A stretch of 64,000 nt of DNA from Macrostomum lignano (Eukaryota), in NCBI GenBank assembly GCA_002269645.1, contig NIVC01000861.1, positions 362,360 through 426,359 on the forward strand, in the 5' to 3' direction. The notes under the pieces are model-generated. The model was not told where the DNA came from and did no database searches. It saw only the letters and a list, made by a program, of their open reading frames with translations. Positions 23,810-37,298 of this stretch are shown one piece after another. Within the stretch, counting starts at the first letter, position 1. Each line of letters begins with the position of its first letter. A program made the translations under genes and the position numbers.

Positions 23810-24536
23810 TATGGTATACTAATTCGCTCGTGTATATCCGGATATAAATGCGTAATGCGTAACTTAATAGTATTTAGATGGAGGTCAATGATCTCTAATC
23901 TCTCTAAGACAGAAACCAAAAGAAGAATTTCTGTGCGGAAAGAGGGAGGTAGACAGAAACAGCTGTTTTAATATGGATACTCGTAATAAGAGGTGGGTAG
24001 TCAGCAGTAGTTTGGGCAGTCAGCAAGCATGTTTCAAGTTTGTCCTTCAACCCATTGCCCAGTGTATTGGGTTTGTATGGGGGTGGAACTGCACCAGGAA
24101 GAGCAGTGGTGTAAGAAGAAAGAGATTCACATTTTACTGGCCTCCTAGTAGTCTAACTTAGAGTAATGGCATTGCAACGCCTGCGTGAGCCCAGAGCTGC
24201 TTTTCTAGCATGCGTTGGAGGGCTACGGAAGAGTAGGAAACCATTCGGCAGCCGGATAAGCATCGATTTTTTCTAGTAGACTGGCATAATGCGTGTGACA
24301 GATAAACTCATTCAAGTTGGGGAATATGCTTGTGCGCATGCGTGGAACGTGCGTTATGAATTTCGGGCCAAGAAATTATTTTACCTATTCATTCGGTCCT
24401 GCGCCTCTGGATGAATAACTTCAATTAATCTATATTAAAAAAAGAGTTCAGCAAATTTTTGTTGCTCACGTTGCTCATTCGCGTGTCACATCTTCTTCGT
24501 TAGGACCTGCCCGTAGGACCTGGAGCTGACCCTCGA

Positions 24537-24900
24537 CTACGATGTGACCCGGCGACATATCAAAGCTTCGCAGACTTGGGGTTCTAATGATGAGAGGCTC
24601 AAGAAGATCTACCAAAAGGAAAAATCGCCAGAATTACCACCAACCATAAAGTTTCGACTCTCGCAGTTACGCACGGGACACTGTCGCCTCACTAACTACT
24701 GAAGTCAGATAGTGGGGCTGGCGCCCCCGAGCCTTTCCCCGAATGCGGGAGTACTGAAGACAAAGATCACTGGTTCCTGTGCCCTAAGTGAGACTGGCTT
24801 CGGCGAGATCTCGATGCGCACTTGCTTGAGGACTTAAGTAATGAAGACTTGGTGTTAAGAATCCTTCGGTCAGCCAAACCCGGAGTGGCTCTGGTCGGGG
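24537..24900 (+). mobile_element. LINE ORF2 3' relic (C-terminal zinc knuckle); second copy at 41220-41590
   Basis: LSQLRTGHCRLTNYW...PECGSTEDKDHWFLCPK, followed by a CA-rich tail. Confidence 0.6.
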
Positions 24901-26013
24901 ACTCGTTCCGACGACACACACACACACAGTAGCGGCAGCGCCTGTGAAAACAGCAGTGCCAACAGCAGCACCTACGGCGGCACCAGCAGCAGCGTCAAAA
25001 GCGGTACCAGCGGCCGGGACCTACACCTGCGAGGTGCGAACCTATGTCGCGCCCATTAGACGGCGACCGAAATTCGCGCCGGCCGCAGACTCATGGATGT
25101 CACAATTCTTTGCATCCCAATCGATCTTACCCTCCTGCAAGCTTCACCAAGAGCATCTGTGAAGTGGCGGCTGCTTAACGTGGCTCGTCTACGAAAACAA
25201 ACTGCCAGCGGACTGCGCCGCGACGAGCACCCGAATGATTGTGGAATGCCAGCATCACACGTGCTGCGGCCTGTCGACACGCTTCAACAAGCTGCTGGCC
25301 GTCGTCAACCTCACCTCGCTCAGCCACATCGGCGCTGAGAGAGCTTGCAACCTTAATTCGCAAGAGGATGGGCCGCTTGACTGTCCGTCCGGTCACAACG
25401 TCGATTGCGATCAAAGACCCCGCTTCAAAAGCCTCTCTTTTAAGTCCTAGCCTGGCGTAGCAGCAGGCCGTCAACAACAGCAGCACAAGCTAGAGCTGCT
25501 AGGGACCTGGACCGACTTCCGACAACGAGCGCACGTCTCTTCCTCGGGTCCGGCTCGCAGCTGATAGCAGCAACGTGATCTTTGACACCTTGCTGGACGT
25601 CACAATTTGTTAGAATTTACGAGCGTACATTCACTCTATAACTACTGATTTAGCTTGCAATATCCTGCCCCTGCCGCCTTTTCCTTGCCGCTTTTTCTAC
25701 ATTTGAATTTTGCCGCGCTTATTAATCCTTAAATGCTTGTGTTTTTTTTAGCATTCAATGTTCGATCTACATGTAAGTCTCTAATGGAACCAATAACTTA
25801 ACTTTTAAATATTGAAGTCCAACTTTGCGATGACGTGCGTACACAAGCTGTTACGCTCGTCATTTTCTTACATTCTAAACACAATAATCATTTCATTTAC
25901 AGACGCTATACATTACTATTTTTTAGACTCTTGATCGCCCAGCTACTTCAATAAAAGTTTTTTCGCTAGTAAACATTACAATAATATAGTAGATTTTTAT
26001 TTTATACAATGTG

Positions 26014-27232
26014 ATGTAACCATGCTTTGGTCGCGGGGTCTGGTGGGGGGAATTTTTTAAAAGTACCTCCGACCTCCGTGCTTCTACGGGGCAGAGCTGT
26101 CGAGACTGGGCCGGGTCCCTGACTAGGCCAACTGACTCCCGCTCTGCTGCATCCCCCTGCTGTCTCGGTTCCGTCTCCCACTCAGCCACACGTGCCTTTC
26201 CGGAGCCCCCTTTTCTTTCTGCATCTCCCCCGCCTCCCGTTTCCCATGCGCCCCCCCCAACTATCATGTACTTCTCCTGCTTCCCATCTTTTTGTCACGT
26301 TTTGGCCTGTTTTTCTTGCGCTGTCTCCTTCCTACCCCGTGCTTACTTACAGTACTTCTTGTGCTCACGATCACCCCATCTCCTTTTAGAATCCCAAACG
26401 GTGACGCAAGGCTTCTGACTCCTCCTTCGCCCTGATGACTCATCACCCCTCTTGCGCAACCTTTTCTCATGCTATTTCTCTCTGCTCAGAATTTCTCATG
26501 CGACACCCACCCCTCCTCCGCTCCTATTATTCTTGTTTTTTATTCTTTTGTTCTCTTTTCACATTGTAATTATCACATTTTCCCAGATTTTCTCTTTCGA
26601 TTGTTCTCATTTTCGCACCTAACTAGCACCTTTTCTTAAATGTTTACTTTTCTATTGTTCTCAGTTCTCCCTAATTATCCCAGATTTCCATTTCCTTTGT
26701 TCTCGGCCTGAGTCTCATTGTTCTCAGTGTTTTCTTACGCAACGCTTTCTCGACCCCCTGCTGTGCTCATTATCCCCCCACCCCTCCTCCGGATTGCGCA
26801 ATTTTCTCATTTCTTATGTTGCTATGCCGTTCTCATGCTTCTCATCATGACTCATTCTGACGTAATTTCGCCAGCAGCCAATCAGAGAGAGGGAGTCATG
26901 GAAACGACCTTGGAACGGCAGCCGTGAGGACTATTTAAGGAAGCGATTTTCGGCGTGAGAACCCTCAGCTCTTGTGTCTCGTCTCCGAAGTGGTCCTTCC
27001 TTGGACTTGCTGTCAGACGCCGATCTGACCCCCCATTCGTCTATAGGACGCCCGCGGTCTGAATACCGCCAAGTTCCCTTAGCTCCCCAAGCGAGCTCAT
27101 CTGCCGGCCCGCGGTCTGACACCACCCAGCATCCTCAGCATCGCCTGAGCTACATCAGCGCCTTGTCGCTTCAGCGCATCGCCGCTTCACTACCTGCCTG
27201 TCTGCAGCCAACAGCCGCCCTCGGTCACTCCA

Positions 27233-27286
<54 letters not shown>

Positions 27287-28273
27287 CAGCTGCCGGTAAG
27301 TTTCTGTTACTAATTTGTGCTCTAATTGCCTTTGCTTATCCGGGGTTTGATTGTTTGCCATTTCTTGATTAGAGAGCTGAGCCAATTGTACACCGTATTT
27401 TTGCTGTATTTATTCAATAGTGAAGCCGCCTAATTGCATGTGTATTTCGCCTAACGGCCTAATTATTAACCATTACTGAACTCCTCATTTTTCACACTTT
27501 CACCATCATTTAATCCATGGCTTGCTAAGCCTTGCTCCTTGGGTGGCAAAGCATAAGGAAGTTTGGGTAAGCTAATGGCCTCTTCCCGTGCAAAGCCCGC
27601 CTGTGTGTGCGTGCTGCGGTTTCGTGTGTGTGGGCAGTAGAGGGAAGTAGCGGGTCACGGCACAGAATGGCAGCAGGAAGGTTGCAACCCCATGCTTACG
27701 CGTCCCTTCGCCCTGAGCAATCTAAACTATAGCTAGCACATGTTCATCTCACACTACTCTTAGTAATCGTGGTCGCAAGTCCGCCTCAATCACAGCCACA
27801 TAGGATCCCCTGCTGAGAAATCCTCCAGATTGATCCCAGAGTTCCTGATTGAGCCCAAAGCAGAGTCCCTGTACTCGGCTGCATGCGTCTCCCCTGTTAG
27901 CTTAAATCCCCTGGTAACCAATCCAGGCGGGGCTCTAGCCTCGAAAGGTCTGGTCAAGATCTAGGTGCGCCAGGTCTTATAGAGTGGTGGCAGCCACTTG
28001 GTTATACCATGGCCGAGTGACCAATTTACGCAACTTGGCTACAGGCAGAGTCCATGTGGGTACTTGGCCCTCTGGTCACGAAAGCGCTACCAAAGCTATC
28101 AATCATATGGTGCTGGAGGTCCGTCAGGCCATTGCCAGGTCATCGGCAGCCTACGGTCATTGCCCCCTATGGTCAGTTGCTCTCCTCCCCGCTGAGCAGA
28201 CGGTCATAAATCAAATGAATTTTGAAAAGTTCCATCGCCAGTTATTTTTTGTGGTCGTCGCGTAATCCGGTAC
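26014..28273 (+). mobile_element. Possible solo-LTR-like insertion
   Basis: TGTAAC...GGTACA ends, gtga/ttga near-TSD, internal TATTTAA, (CT)n at 27235-27282; no coding evidence. Confidence 0.3.
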
Positions 28274-29004
28274 ATTGAGCATTCGCTCGCGAGTACTGGC
28301 GTGAGCTGATATGTTTAATCTCTAGTTGCTATAACTTGGGTTACCCTCAACAAATAGCATGCAACACTCGCGGTTTAACTTCTAGTGGTCCTTGCTTGGA
28401 GAGCGGGCGACTTCAAGTATTGAATTCAGCTGTTGCATTACTGGTCAGGGGATTATGTTAGATCTTAAGAAGTGTTTCAGTATGCCTGTTGTATAGAAAA
28501 ATAGCCCCAGCAGTGTACAATTAAAAAGTCGGAACACTCGAGCAAAGAGATGCTCAGTATTGCTCAAAGTTTAGCTTAAAAATATTAAGTTATAATAATT
28601 GACATTGTTAATTTTGCATGCCCTACGAGTCGTACATGTAAATGCATTCCTTCTTGTACAGGTAGCTTTGATTCTTAATTATGCTAATGCTGTTTATTAT
28701 ACTCAGTAGTAAGGGTTAGCAGAACATGGCTGACAGGGCGCAGATAGGAGGCAATGTTATGCATTGCGATAGGAGGAGGCCGCCTATCTCTCAACATAGA
28801 GACAGTTAACACTGTAGAGATAGGAGGAGAGGCGGGCTTAGTCGAATGAATGCTAAATTTTTCCTAAAGAGCCAATCAGGGAGCCTGGAGTAGGGTGGGT
28901 GGTTTTTGGAGGGTTGGTCGAGTGTACATGTATATAAGCCGTAAAAGTCGTATACAAGCCGGAGAGAAAGAATATGTTTTGTCCTGTGAAGGCTATAAGG
29001 CACA

Positions 29005-29880
29005 AGTCCAGGACTTTGAAGCCATCCTGGAGGCTGATGAGGACACAAACACCATCTTGAAGGACACGAGGACACGAAGCCCATCCTGGAAGCTGATGAG
29101 GATACGAAGCCCATCCTGAAGGCTGATGAGGACGCGAGGACACGAAGCCCATCCTGGAAGCTGATGAGGATACGAAGCCCATCCTGGAGGCTGATGAGGA
29201 TACGAAGCCCATCCTGGAAGCTGATGAGGATACGAGGACATGAAGGAGGACACGAAGCCTATACTGGAGGCTGATGAGGACACGAAGCCCATCCTGGAGG
29301 CTGATGAGGACACGAAGCCCATCCTGAAGGCTGATGAGGACACGAAGCCTATTCTGGAAGCTGATGAGGACACGAAGCCTATTCTGGAAGCTGATGACAA
29401 CACGAAGCCTATTCTGGAAGCTGATGACAACACGAAGCCTATTCTGGAGGCTGATGAGGACACGAAGCCTATTCTGGAGGCTGATGAGGACACGAAGTCC
29501 ATCCTGGAGGCTGATGAGGACACGAAGCATATCCTGGAGGCTGATTAGGACACGAGGATATGAAGGTGAACACGAAGCCTATACTGGAGGCTGATGAGGA
29601 CACGAAGCCTATCCTGTAGGCTGATGAGGACACGAGGATATGAAGGTGGACACGAAGCCTATACTGGAGGTTGATGAGGACACGAAGCCCATCCTGGAGG
29701 CTGATGAGGACACGAAGCCCACCCTGGAGGCCGATAAGGACACGAAGCATATCCTGGAGGCTCATGAGGACACGAGGACATGAAGGAGGACACGAAGCCT
29801 ATACTGGAGGCTGATGAGGACACGAAGCCCATCCTGGAGGCTGATGAGGACACGAAGCCCATTTTGGAGGCTGATGAGGG
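29005..29880. repeat. 30-bp minisatellite (translates as KPILEADEDT repeats, with stops)
   Basis: Unit gctgatgaggacacgaagcccatcctggag with recurring spacer variants. Confidence 0.92.
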
Positions 29881-30169
29881 CGGAGAGCATGCTGATGATG
29901 ATGCTTTTAGATCGCCCACAACTGTCACAAAGCCAGGCATCAATACACCGATACCTCCGATTGATTCTGATGCCTGGCTGCTTCCGTAGCGGGACACTAA
30001 CCTTGAGGAAGATCCGATGTGGTATCAGTTAAGGGCGCATGCAGCGGCTTCGACGGTGAGCGGCAGCAGGAAGCGAAAGCTGCCATTTTAACTTCCTTCA
30101 GGCAGGACGCAATGAGGCTTCCAAGTGTTCGACAACAACAACAACAAAATACGCGGCCCTGCAAGCAAA

Positions 30170-31075
30170 AGGTTAGATGGCGCGCCGCAGAGCCTGGGAG
30201 CGAACAAAGTCCGCTCCGTTGGCAGTGTCGGGCGCCCCAGCGTCGCACAGCAGGCAGTCCACGTATCGACGGGTTCGGGCCTGACCCTGCCTGAACGGAC
30301 CCTGCAAGGTGGGAAGCAGGACGTCCTGAACAGGTTGGGGGCAGTAGCCCTCGGCCCGGATCACGTGGCCCGCCAGTTGACGTCGCCGCCGGCGCAGGGT
30401 GGTGGACGGGCGCTGCAGCTTGGCCCGATCGTACAAGGCATCGGTCCCGACGCTCTCATCAGCTCGGAAAACCCCACGGAGCAGCCCTGAGTGCGTCAAG
30501 TCCAGCTGCCGCTCTAGCGTAGCCGTCAGCGTCCACGTCTCAGCGTTGTATAACAGGATGGTTTCGACCACCGCCTGCCACAGCCGAGCCCTCTGACGGT
30601 CGGGCAGCGCTTCGGACTGGAGAACGGTTCAGATCAAACGAAAGCCGCCCAGGCAAGTCCTCTGCGCCGCCGGAGGTCTTCGTCCACGTGAGGCACCAGA
30701 CCACCGAATTAGGTGAACCGCTGGCAGCGTGCGAGCCTGGTCGTCTGCCCTTCTGCGCCGCGGCACGTCAGGTCCGCTGGGATGTCGGCCGGCACAGTAA
30801 GCACCTCGTCTTCAGCGTGTTGACGATCAGACCAACGCTCGATGCCACCTCTACCAGCCTGTCGATCTGGCGCTGGGTACCTTTAACGGGTGAGGACAGG
30901 AGGGCGAGGTCGTCGGCGTAGCCAAGCACGCTTAGGCGCTTTTCGCCGTGGCGGCGACAGATGCGTCTGCGCGGCAGGAAGCCGTCATTAGCCGAGGGGA
31001 GTGCGGTCCGAAGCACCCAGTCCAGCAGCAGCACGAAGAGGAACGGCGCTAGCATGTCGCCAGCAGCACTGGCGA
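30170..31075 (-). mobile_element. RTE-like LINE reverse-transcriptase 3' fragment
   Basis: LAPFLFVLLLDWVL, LGYADDLALL, VETILLYNAETWTLT, RRRRQLAGHVIR; frameshifted. Confidence 0.85.
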
Positions 31076-31175
31076 CAGCAGCACAAAAACACCAGCAGCA
31101 CTTCTTGCAATCACCATACTGACATGGAATCCAGCTCAAAGCTGGAATACAGTGCAATCTCTAACGGACGAGTGA

Positions 31176-31330
31176 GTGGCTGTGCGAATGCACAGGTTTC
31201 CAGCGGACGACGGAGTTGCGAATCGATGGCGGCAAATGCTGGAAATCAACTTGGACATCGGAGCCATTCGCAAGATGGGATTGCGAGTGTGCAGTGTGCT
31301 TTTTACTGATAATTATTACAGCTGTCCTTT
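31176..31330 (+). mobile_element. THAP-domain fragment (P-element-like)
   Basis: MHRFPADDGVANRW...LRVCSVLF; a possible transposase C-terminal piece (YVGGYVLK..C..C) lies at ~31760-32000. Confidence 0.55.
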
Positions 31331-32039
31331 GCGACATGAAGATATACGACACGTTTACGGTGGATTGCCGTTCCAGACATTGCCGCCACAGGCTGGAAAA
31401 AAGCAGGCAATGCGAACAGCCAACAGCTCAGCTAACTAAGGCCATGCCAAACAACGAAGCAATAACAACATTGCAGCGCAGCACAACGGTTTTAACGACA
31501 GACCAGAGCTCAGCTCCTTCGTCCGTGCCCTGCGGCCCGTGGCTGCCAGCGGCCTGGTCGAGCCTGACTCGACATCCCGCAACTGCGAAGACGACAACTG
31601 CAATGCTGCCATCACAGCAGCATGCGCCCCCCACCGGTGACGGAGACTGCGTGACTACCAATACGGGTCCACCGAACTACAAGCAGTGTTGCACGCCAGG
31701 CACCACAGCAGCAGCTGCTCCAAGAAAAGCTGGACTCCTTGCAGAATGCCAGCAAATGCCTCGCTGGAAGCTGCTGAGTACGTTGGCGGGTATGTGCTAA
31801 AGCGAAGCAGAGTTCTTCACTGTCAGCTGTGCAACTATTTGCTTACTCTTTGCTTACAACATCCACACCTGCGAGGGCTCACATTCAGCACAAGACCTCC
31901 TCACGTGCATCCCGTGGGTTGACTGCGCCCTCGCCGGTGGCGCTTGTTGCATTTATGAAGATGGAGGCCGCGCTCGCATTCGCAGCCCTGACAACTACGT
32001 GTTTCGGAGGTTGTTCACGTAGGTTGTGAACTACTGTGT

Positions 32040-32610
32040 TTCGTCGGTCCCTTCGCGAGGATGACAGCTACTTGCTGATCCCACGCCGAAGCTCCAGACA
32101 TCCTGCTGTTTCGCTTCCCGCTCTCGCGTACGCAGACGACATCGCGCTGCTCTGCCGCGATCCAGCTGCTGCCCAGCGCGCTCTCAGAAAGCTTTGCGAC
32201 GAGGGCGCCCGTGTTGGGCTGCTGGTGAACGCTCGCAAGACGGAGGCGCTGCATGTGGGCATAAATACCGCCCCAACTCTCAGGAACGTCTTCAGTTGAG
32301 GTGTCAGAGACGACCTGAAGGTGTGCCTATTTCGCGCGGCCGTAAAGACGATCCTCGTATACCGCATGGAGGCTGTGCCGCTGACCGAGACGCGAGAGCA
32401 AGCCCTTGACGGGCTCTACCGATCGCTGCTGCACTACGCGCTGGGCGTGCACTACCCGGAGCGCCTGCCGACCAACGTTCTGATTGCCCGTGCCGGAGCT
32501 CCGCGCTAACTGAGCGCTACCCTGCGCCGGCGCCGACAGATGCTGCTGGGCCACTGCCTACGGACCCTGGGCCGCGGCGAGCCTGTCCCTCTGGCCCTGT
32601 CCCTGCTACT
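32040..32610 (+). mobile_element. Second RTE-like LINE RT fragment
   Basis: LAYADDIALL, GLLVNARKTE, LFRAAVKTILVY, LRRRRQMLLGH. Confidence 0.8.
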
Positions 32611-32619
32611 ACAAATATA

Positions 32620-33340
32620 CTCTCAGGTGCATTGACATGCTGTCAAAATGTTCTTGGGCCAAGGCATTGAAAAACAAATCTGCTGCAGAAGTGAAGTCGG
32701 CATTCGAGAGCATATTGAGAAGCTCAAAGCGCCAGCCACGCACAGGGCGCACAGCGCACAGATCAGGGGAAGAAGAGTTCAACAACTCTACTTTCTGGCA
32801 GTTCTGCATGGACGGAGGAATTCTGGCCTTCCCAATCAAAAGTGAGCAGAGGGCGGCTGTCATTGAGCGGTGGAATGCTGGACACTGCACTGGCTTGATG
32901 TGCTGCTTAGCTAGTGAAGTCTTACAACATACCTATCACAAAAGAATCATAATGGCACCCACTAGTGTCTGCAAAGAGAATGAATCTGGAGTGTGTATGA
33001 ACCTGTATGACGGGACTTTGAAGAAACTGAGGGAGCCGAAGTCTTTTGAAAACCAACCCGTTAGGATTTCTAATGCACCCAGACTGTTCAGAAAGGGGTA
33101 CAAAGCCAATTGAAGCGATAAGTGTACACTGTGATATCCACGGCTCCAAAGCATGATCCCTTCATGTACGAGATTAAAGACCTGCGGGGGAAGATATTCG
33201 AGGACTCTTCCATGAGCAAGAGCTGCAGGCTGCCCCGGACACAAGTCGCAGGGAAGGGAAACATTCGCTATCTGGTGAAGTGGGCTGGCTACGACTCGAC
33301 TGGTTGGGTGGATGAGAAAGACTTAAGAAAAATGTAGCTG
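32620..33340 (+). mobile_element. Degraded Polinton/Maverick-type integrase with C-terminal chromodomain
   Basis: DMLSKCSWAKALKNKSAAEVKSAFESIL, AAVIERWN, VRISNAPRLFRKGYKAN, VYTV...MYEIKDL.G, YLVKWAGYDSTGWVDEKDL. Confidence 0.65.
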
Positions 33341-34265
33341 ATTACTGCAACCGACATTATTCATTCAATTTCATTATATAGCAGTCAGCATGCTGAAAGT
33401 ACTCCTTGTGACTTTCATTTTCACTTGCATTTACCTGCATAGGAAGACTGCCAAAGGTATACAGAAGGCTGCTTTAAGAAGCTGGCTGTAACAGTCAGAC
33501 CCGAAGGCTCCTACTGTGTTGGAAGACAAAAGAGCCTGAATTTCGCCGAATGTCCGACTTCCGTTCGGCCATGTCAATCTGAGCCTTCATTCCAAAGGCA
33601 GGACGATGAGGAAGCGCGTGTCAAGCCCACCTAGTCTATCCAACTAATCAATTAGCTCGTTTAAATCGATGATCGATGATGACTAATGATTACAAGTACT
33701 GCATGGTTTTCAACTGAATCAGAATACCCTCACTGCTTGTTCTGTTGGTGTAGGCAATCATGTCTTCTTATTAGCGAATTTTAAATTTCATCAATTACTT
33801 TACAAAAAACCTCTGCTGCTTTAAGTTCTTTGTCGACTGCTTTAGCTAGCTTGTATTTTTACTTGTATCTGGCAGGCCAGAGCGTGTCGAAATAAGGGCG
33901 AAACCACAGAATACACCAGAATATATAAATCCTTCAGGCTTCACGCTTCGCGGCCCTCGGATTCTCCTCCTTTTTGCCCTAGATAACCTGCTGGATTTGT
34001 ATTCCTTCTTGATTTTGCGGGCGGGCCGAGAAACGACATTCTTCGGCCCGCGAGTCAAACTGCATTTGCTTCAGTCTAAGTTCAGTGCAAGTCCTGATTC
34101 TCGGCCCGCAAGAGAATGGAATTTGTCTATGGCACAAAATGCAAACTGTATTTCATTTTAGCTCTGAGCCTAAAAGAGCGACTGACAAAGTAATACGCTC
34201 GTAATTAGTCTAACTTTTTATTAAAACTGAATTTCATTAACTCCTGACCCGAGCGTTCTGAGAAC

Positions 34266-34700
34266 ATGATAGACTACTCCTGTATAGAAGGAGGCGAGAT
34301 TTCTGGGTTGCAGCGCGAAGAAATCGACTTTGTATGCCAACTCCGTGGCCGTGGGCGAATGTTTAATCAGTACACTGGCTTGCCTGTGCCTGGAATTGGA
34401 GTCAGCAAGGCGCTCGACAACGGCCTGTTGGATGATCTAGTAAACGATCTTTCTGCTGAAGCGAGCAGCGACAATCAACTCCGGGAGCTAACAAGTGATG
34501 AAGTGAGCGCCATTTTGGATGTGGAGAATGCCTCACGCGTCGTCTCTACCGGAGCAAAAACAAGACAGTGTGTGGAGAAATTCTGATACTGACTGCGAAC
34601 AAAGGGACTTTAATGGAGTTCTGCCGACTGCAGTGCTAGAGAAAAATGGATCCCGTGTTCTATTTTTCCTATAAGTGAGTATCTCTGAACGCCATGTACT
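34266..34700 (+). mobile_element. Degraded ORF, probable Crypton/DUF3504-type tyrosine-recombinase N-terminus (paralog A)
   Basis: Homologous to 36950-37298 (EI.GL..EE.DFV..L, Q.TGL, LRELTS); GAKTRQCVEKF resembles the T..T...V..F motif. Confidence 0.4.
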
Positions 34701-35369
34701 GTAAAGACGGCGTGGGTTGCACCACAAGACTATATTAAATCGTTACTGTTGTCCTCTTTGTAATGTTGCACTTTTAACGTTTTAAATACAATCGTTCCGG
34801 CTTCGTCTATGGCCCAGCCCGATATCGGGCAGAGAATGGGCCATTTCTTAAGCAGTCTTGCCCGCAAAATCAAGCAGGAATGCTCAATCAGCTTCCAAAT
34901 CGAAAGCCAAAATATAAAACCATAGACACTACTCCTGAGGTGAAGAAGAGATAAGTAGTACTGAAAGTTGAGAAGTAGTCACCTTTTTGTACGTTCATTC
35001 GAGGGGGAACATTTTTATGGACAGAAGGTCCCGATTGTATATTTGCAGCTGTAGCGACATGAAAATGTAGATTTTAATTGTGAACATTCAACGCAAACTA
35101 GAACAGTTTAAAAGCAGCAGTTTAAGCAGAAGTTTAAGCGATTAGGGTACGTGATATAGCCGTACATGAAAATTTAGCATGAAAGTTGCAAATTAGAACA
35201 GTTTAAAAGGAGCAGTATGAGCAGCAGTTTAAGCCTCAAACAACAGGCAACCTATACTTTAGCGGCTAACGGGTGTCGCAGCTTTCGTTGTTCTGCTGAA
35301 GCTGTACTCGTACTGTGAGCTCCGCACTTTTTCGCAGCTCGAAGTAATACCTGTCGAGCTTTGCACCAG

Positions 35370-35820
35370 TGATTTAAACGCAGGCGTGTGTACAAAGATG
35401 AGAGAGATGAAAGCCATTCCTTTGTGTGCTCACTGTTGTGTAGATTCCAGGCTGGCGCATGCAAGTTCCGATTTTTCGTCTAATCGTCATTATTGATGGA
35501 AGCCGTAAACCAATGCTACGCAAGTATCGGTGGCATCTGGGGCTGTAGTGAAGCAGCCCTGTGGCAAGACGTAGAGAAGCCCTCGACCAGACAGGTCTCC
35601 GGCGTTTCGCATTTGAGATCTGATCCTGAATCACACCACGAACCGTTTCACTCATGCTTGCGATCTGAGCACAGACGCTGTTGTGCTGGGCCAGATTTCT
35701 AAGCCTGGTAGCAGTCAAACTTGAAGTGTCGCATCGCCGTTTTAGAGTATCATTTTGGCATCTCAGTTGTGCTGAAGTGTTTCTCTCGGCCTTGAGTTTC
35801 TGCCTTAGCTGCTGCATGGT
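35370..35820 (-). mobile_element. P-element/THAP9-like transposase fragment
   Basis: WSRASLRLATGLLHYSPRCHRYLRSIGLRLPSIMTIRRKI...PG. Confidence 0.7.
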
Positions 35821-36949
35821 CGCAACTCTTCGACTTCAGCTTCGACGGTAGGCTTGGGTAAGGGCACAGTAATCGGCAACTAAGCTGAGTTATTATACAC
35901 TAGGCATTAAATAGATAGGATAGATGGACGGAAAGACAAGCGAAAAACATCGTCTATGGCAAAATCGATCTCAATGCACTCGGGCTGATGAAAAAAGCCA
36001 GCACTACTCACAGATCACTTCACCTTAGAAGTAGCGTAGCCAAGGAATACTTAACAACTCAGGACGTTACACTCGCGATTGATAGAAATTCTAGAAAAGG
36101 CCGCTTGCTTTAGCTGTTTCTATGGCTTTTCAATAAGCTTTTTCGATAAAGAAGCAAGTGCTAACCTATCTAGTGGTAGGTGCTCATAAACTGTTCGCTA
36201 TATATATATTTTTTACGAATATAACAATTAATAAATACAAATATAGTCGGTACAAGAAGTACATTACAATTAAAGAGTAGGATATGCAACTGATGGAACT
36301 CTGTATACAACTGTATAAGGCAAAATAGATCCAGATGAACATAAAGATGTTTAAAAGAGACATTCAGCAGCATTCATTGGCATTTTGAACAAAAAGAACG
36401 TGTGATAAGAATTTGGACGAAAAACAAAAATTGTTGCTTCACTTTGTTTAAACCTTGCACTGAGAGTATGAGAGTTTGTTAGTGAAAAGGCTTCATTGCC
36501 ATAGACACAGTGGAGCAAGCGGCCTTTTCTAGAAGTTCTACCATTCGCGAGTGTAACGTTCTGAGTTGTTAAGTAGTCCTTAAACGTAGCTAGTGAACAG
36601 TTTTTGCCTCAAAAAAATTTCGCAGGGAGCTTGATTGAGCATTCTGGTGTATTCTGTGGGCGAAACCAACGATATTTGCCCGCGGCCAATATCTATGGCC
36701 AAACCAAATAGCATATAGTCTTTATATTTGACTCTCTTTCAAAACAAGAGGTGAGTAAACAAGCAGAATCAATTTCCAAAATAACAGATTAAAACAAAAC
36801 GTGAGCTAATAAATCATTGTCTCAAAAATGCTAAAAGTTGAGTCTGCTCGATTAGACACTCACTAGCTTGTTAGGGTGATGCTGAAGGTGCAGTTTTCGA
36901 TCTTGCAGTTGTGCTTTGCCAACTGGATTGCTAATGGCTATCATGCAGT

Positions 36950-37298
36950 TCGAAACAGAATTTGAACCAGCATCGGATGCTATCAATGTCAGTTGGCATT
37001 CCCTCTATCAGAAACTTTTTGAACCGTCGACTGCTTGGCGGTAGAATTTCGCTTGCTATCCTCCTCTACCTGTCGCAGAAGATCTTGTTGTTCAGAGGTC
37101 AACTCACGCAACAGAAATGTCAACGTTGGTTGGATCACGGAGTTCCTCGTCGTTGAGGCGTTCCTGGTTCTCAGTAAGGCCCGTCCATTGGCCGGTTGGG
37201 ACGGTATCCTCGCGGTTTACAAGACGAACGACAAAATCCAACTCATCGCCAGTCAAACCGTCTATTTCGTTTTTGCGTATTCTGTCGTAGCGCAACAT
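36950..37298 (-). mobile_element. Degraded paralog B of the 34266 ORF
   Basis: EIDGLTGDELDFVVRL, GQWTGL, and LRELTSEQQ after a frameshift. Confidence 0.4.

Larger units (their letters stand above)
21998..25950. repeat. Segmental duplication shared with ~38692-42520 (gene, promoter, LINE relic)
   Basis: Gene offset 16694 bp; near-identical to ~25380/42075, then lower identity. Confidence 0.92.

Noticed and set aside
29005-29880. Tandem minimal hammerhead ribozymes (CTGATGAG...GAA in each 30-bp unit)
   Set aside because: The core reads GAAG not GAAA, and no stem II or stem III pairing can be drawn.
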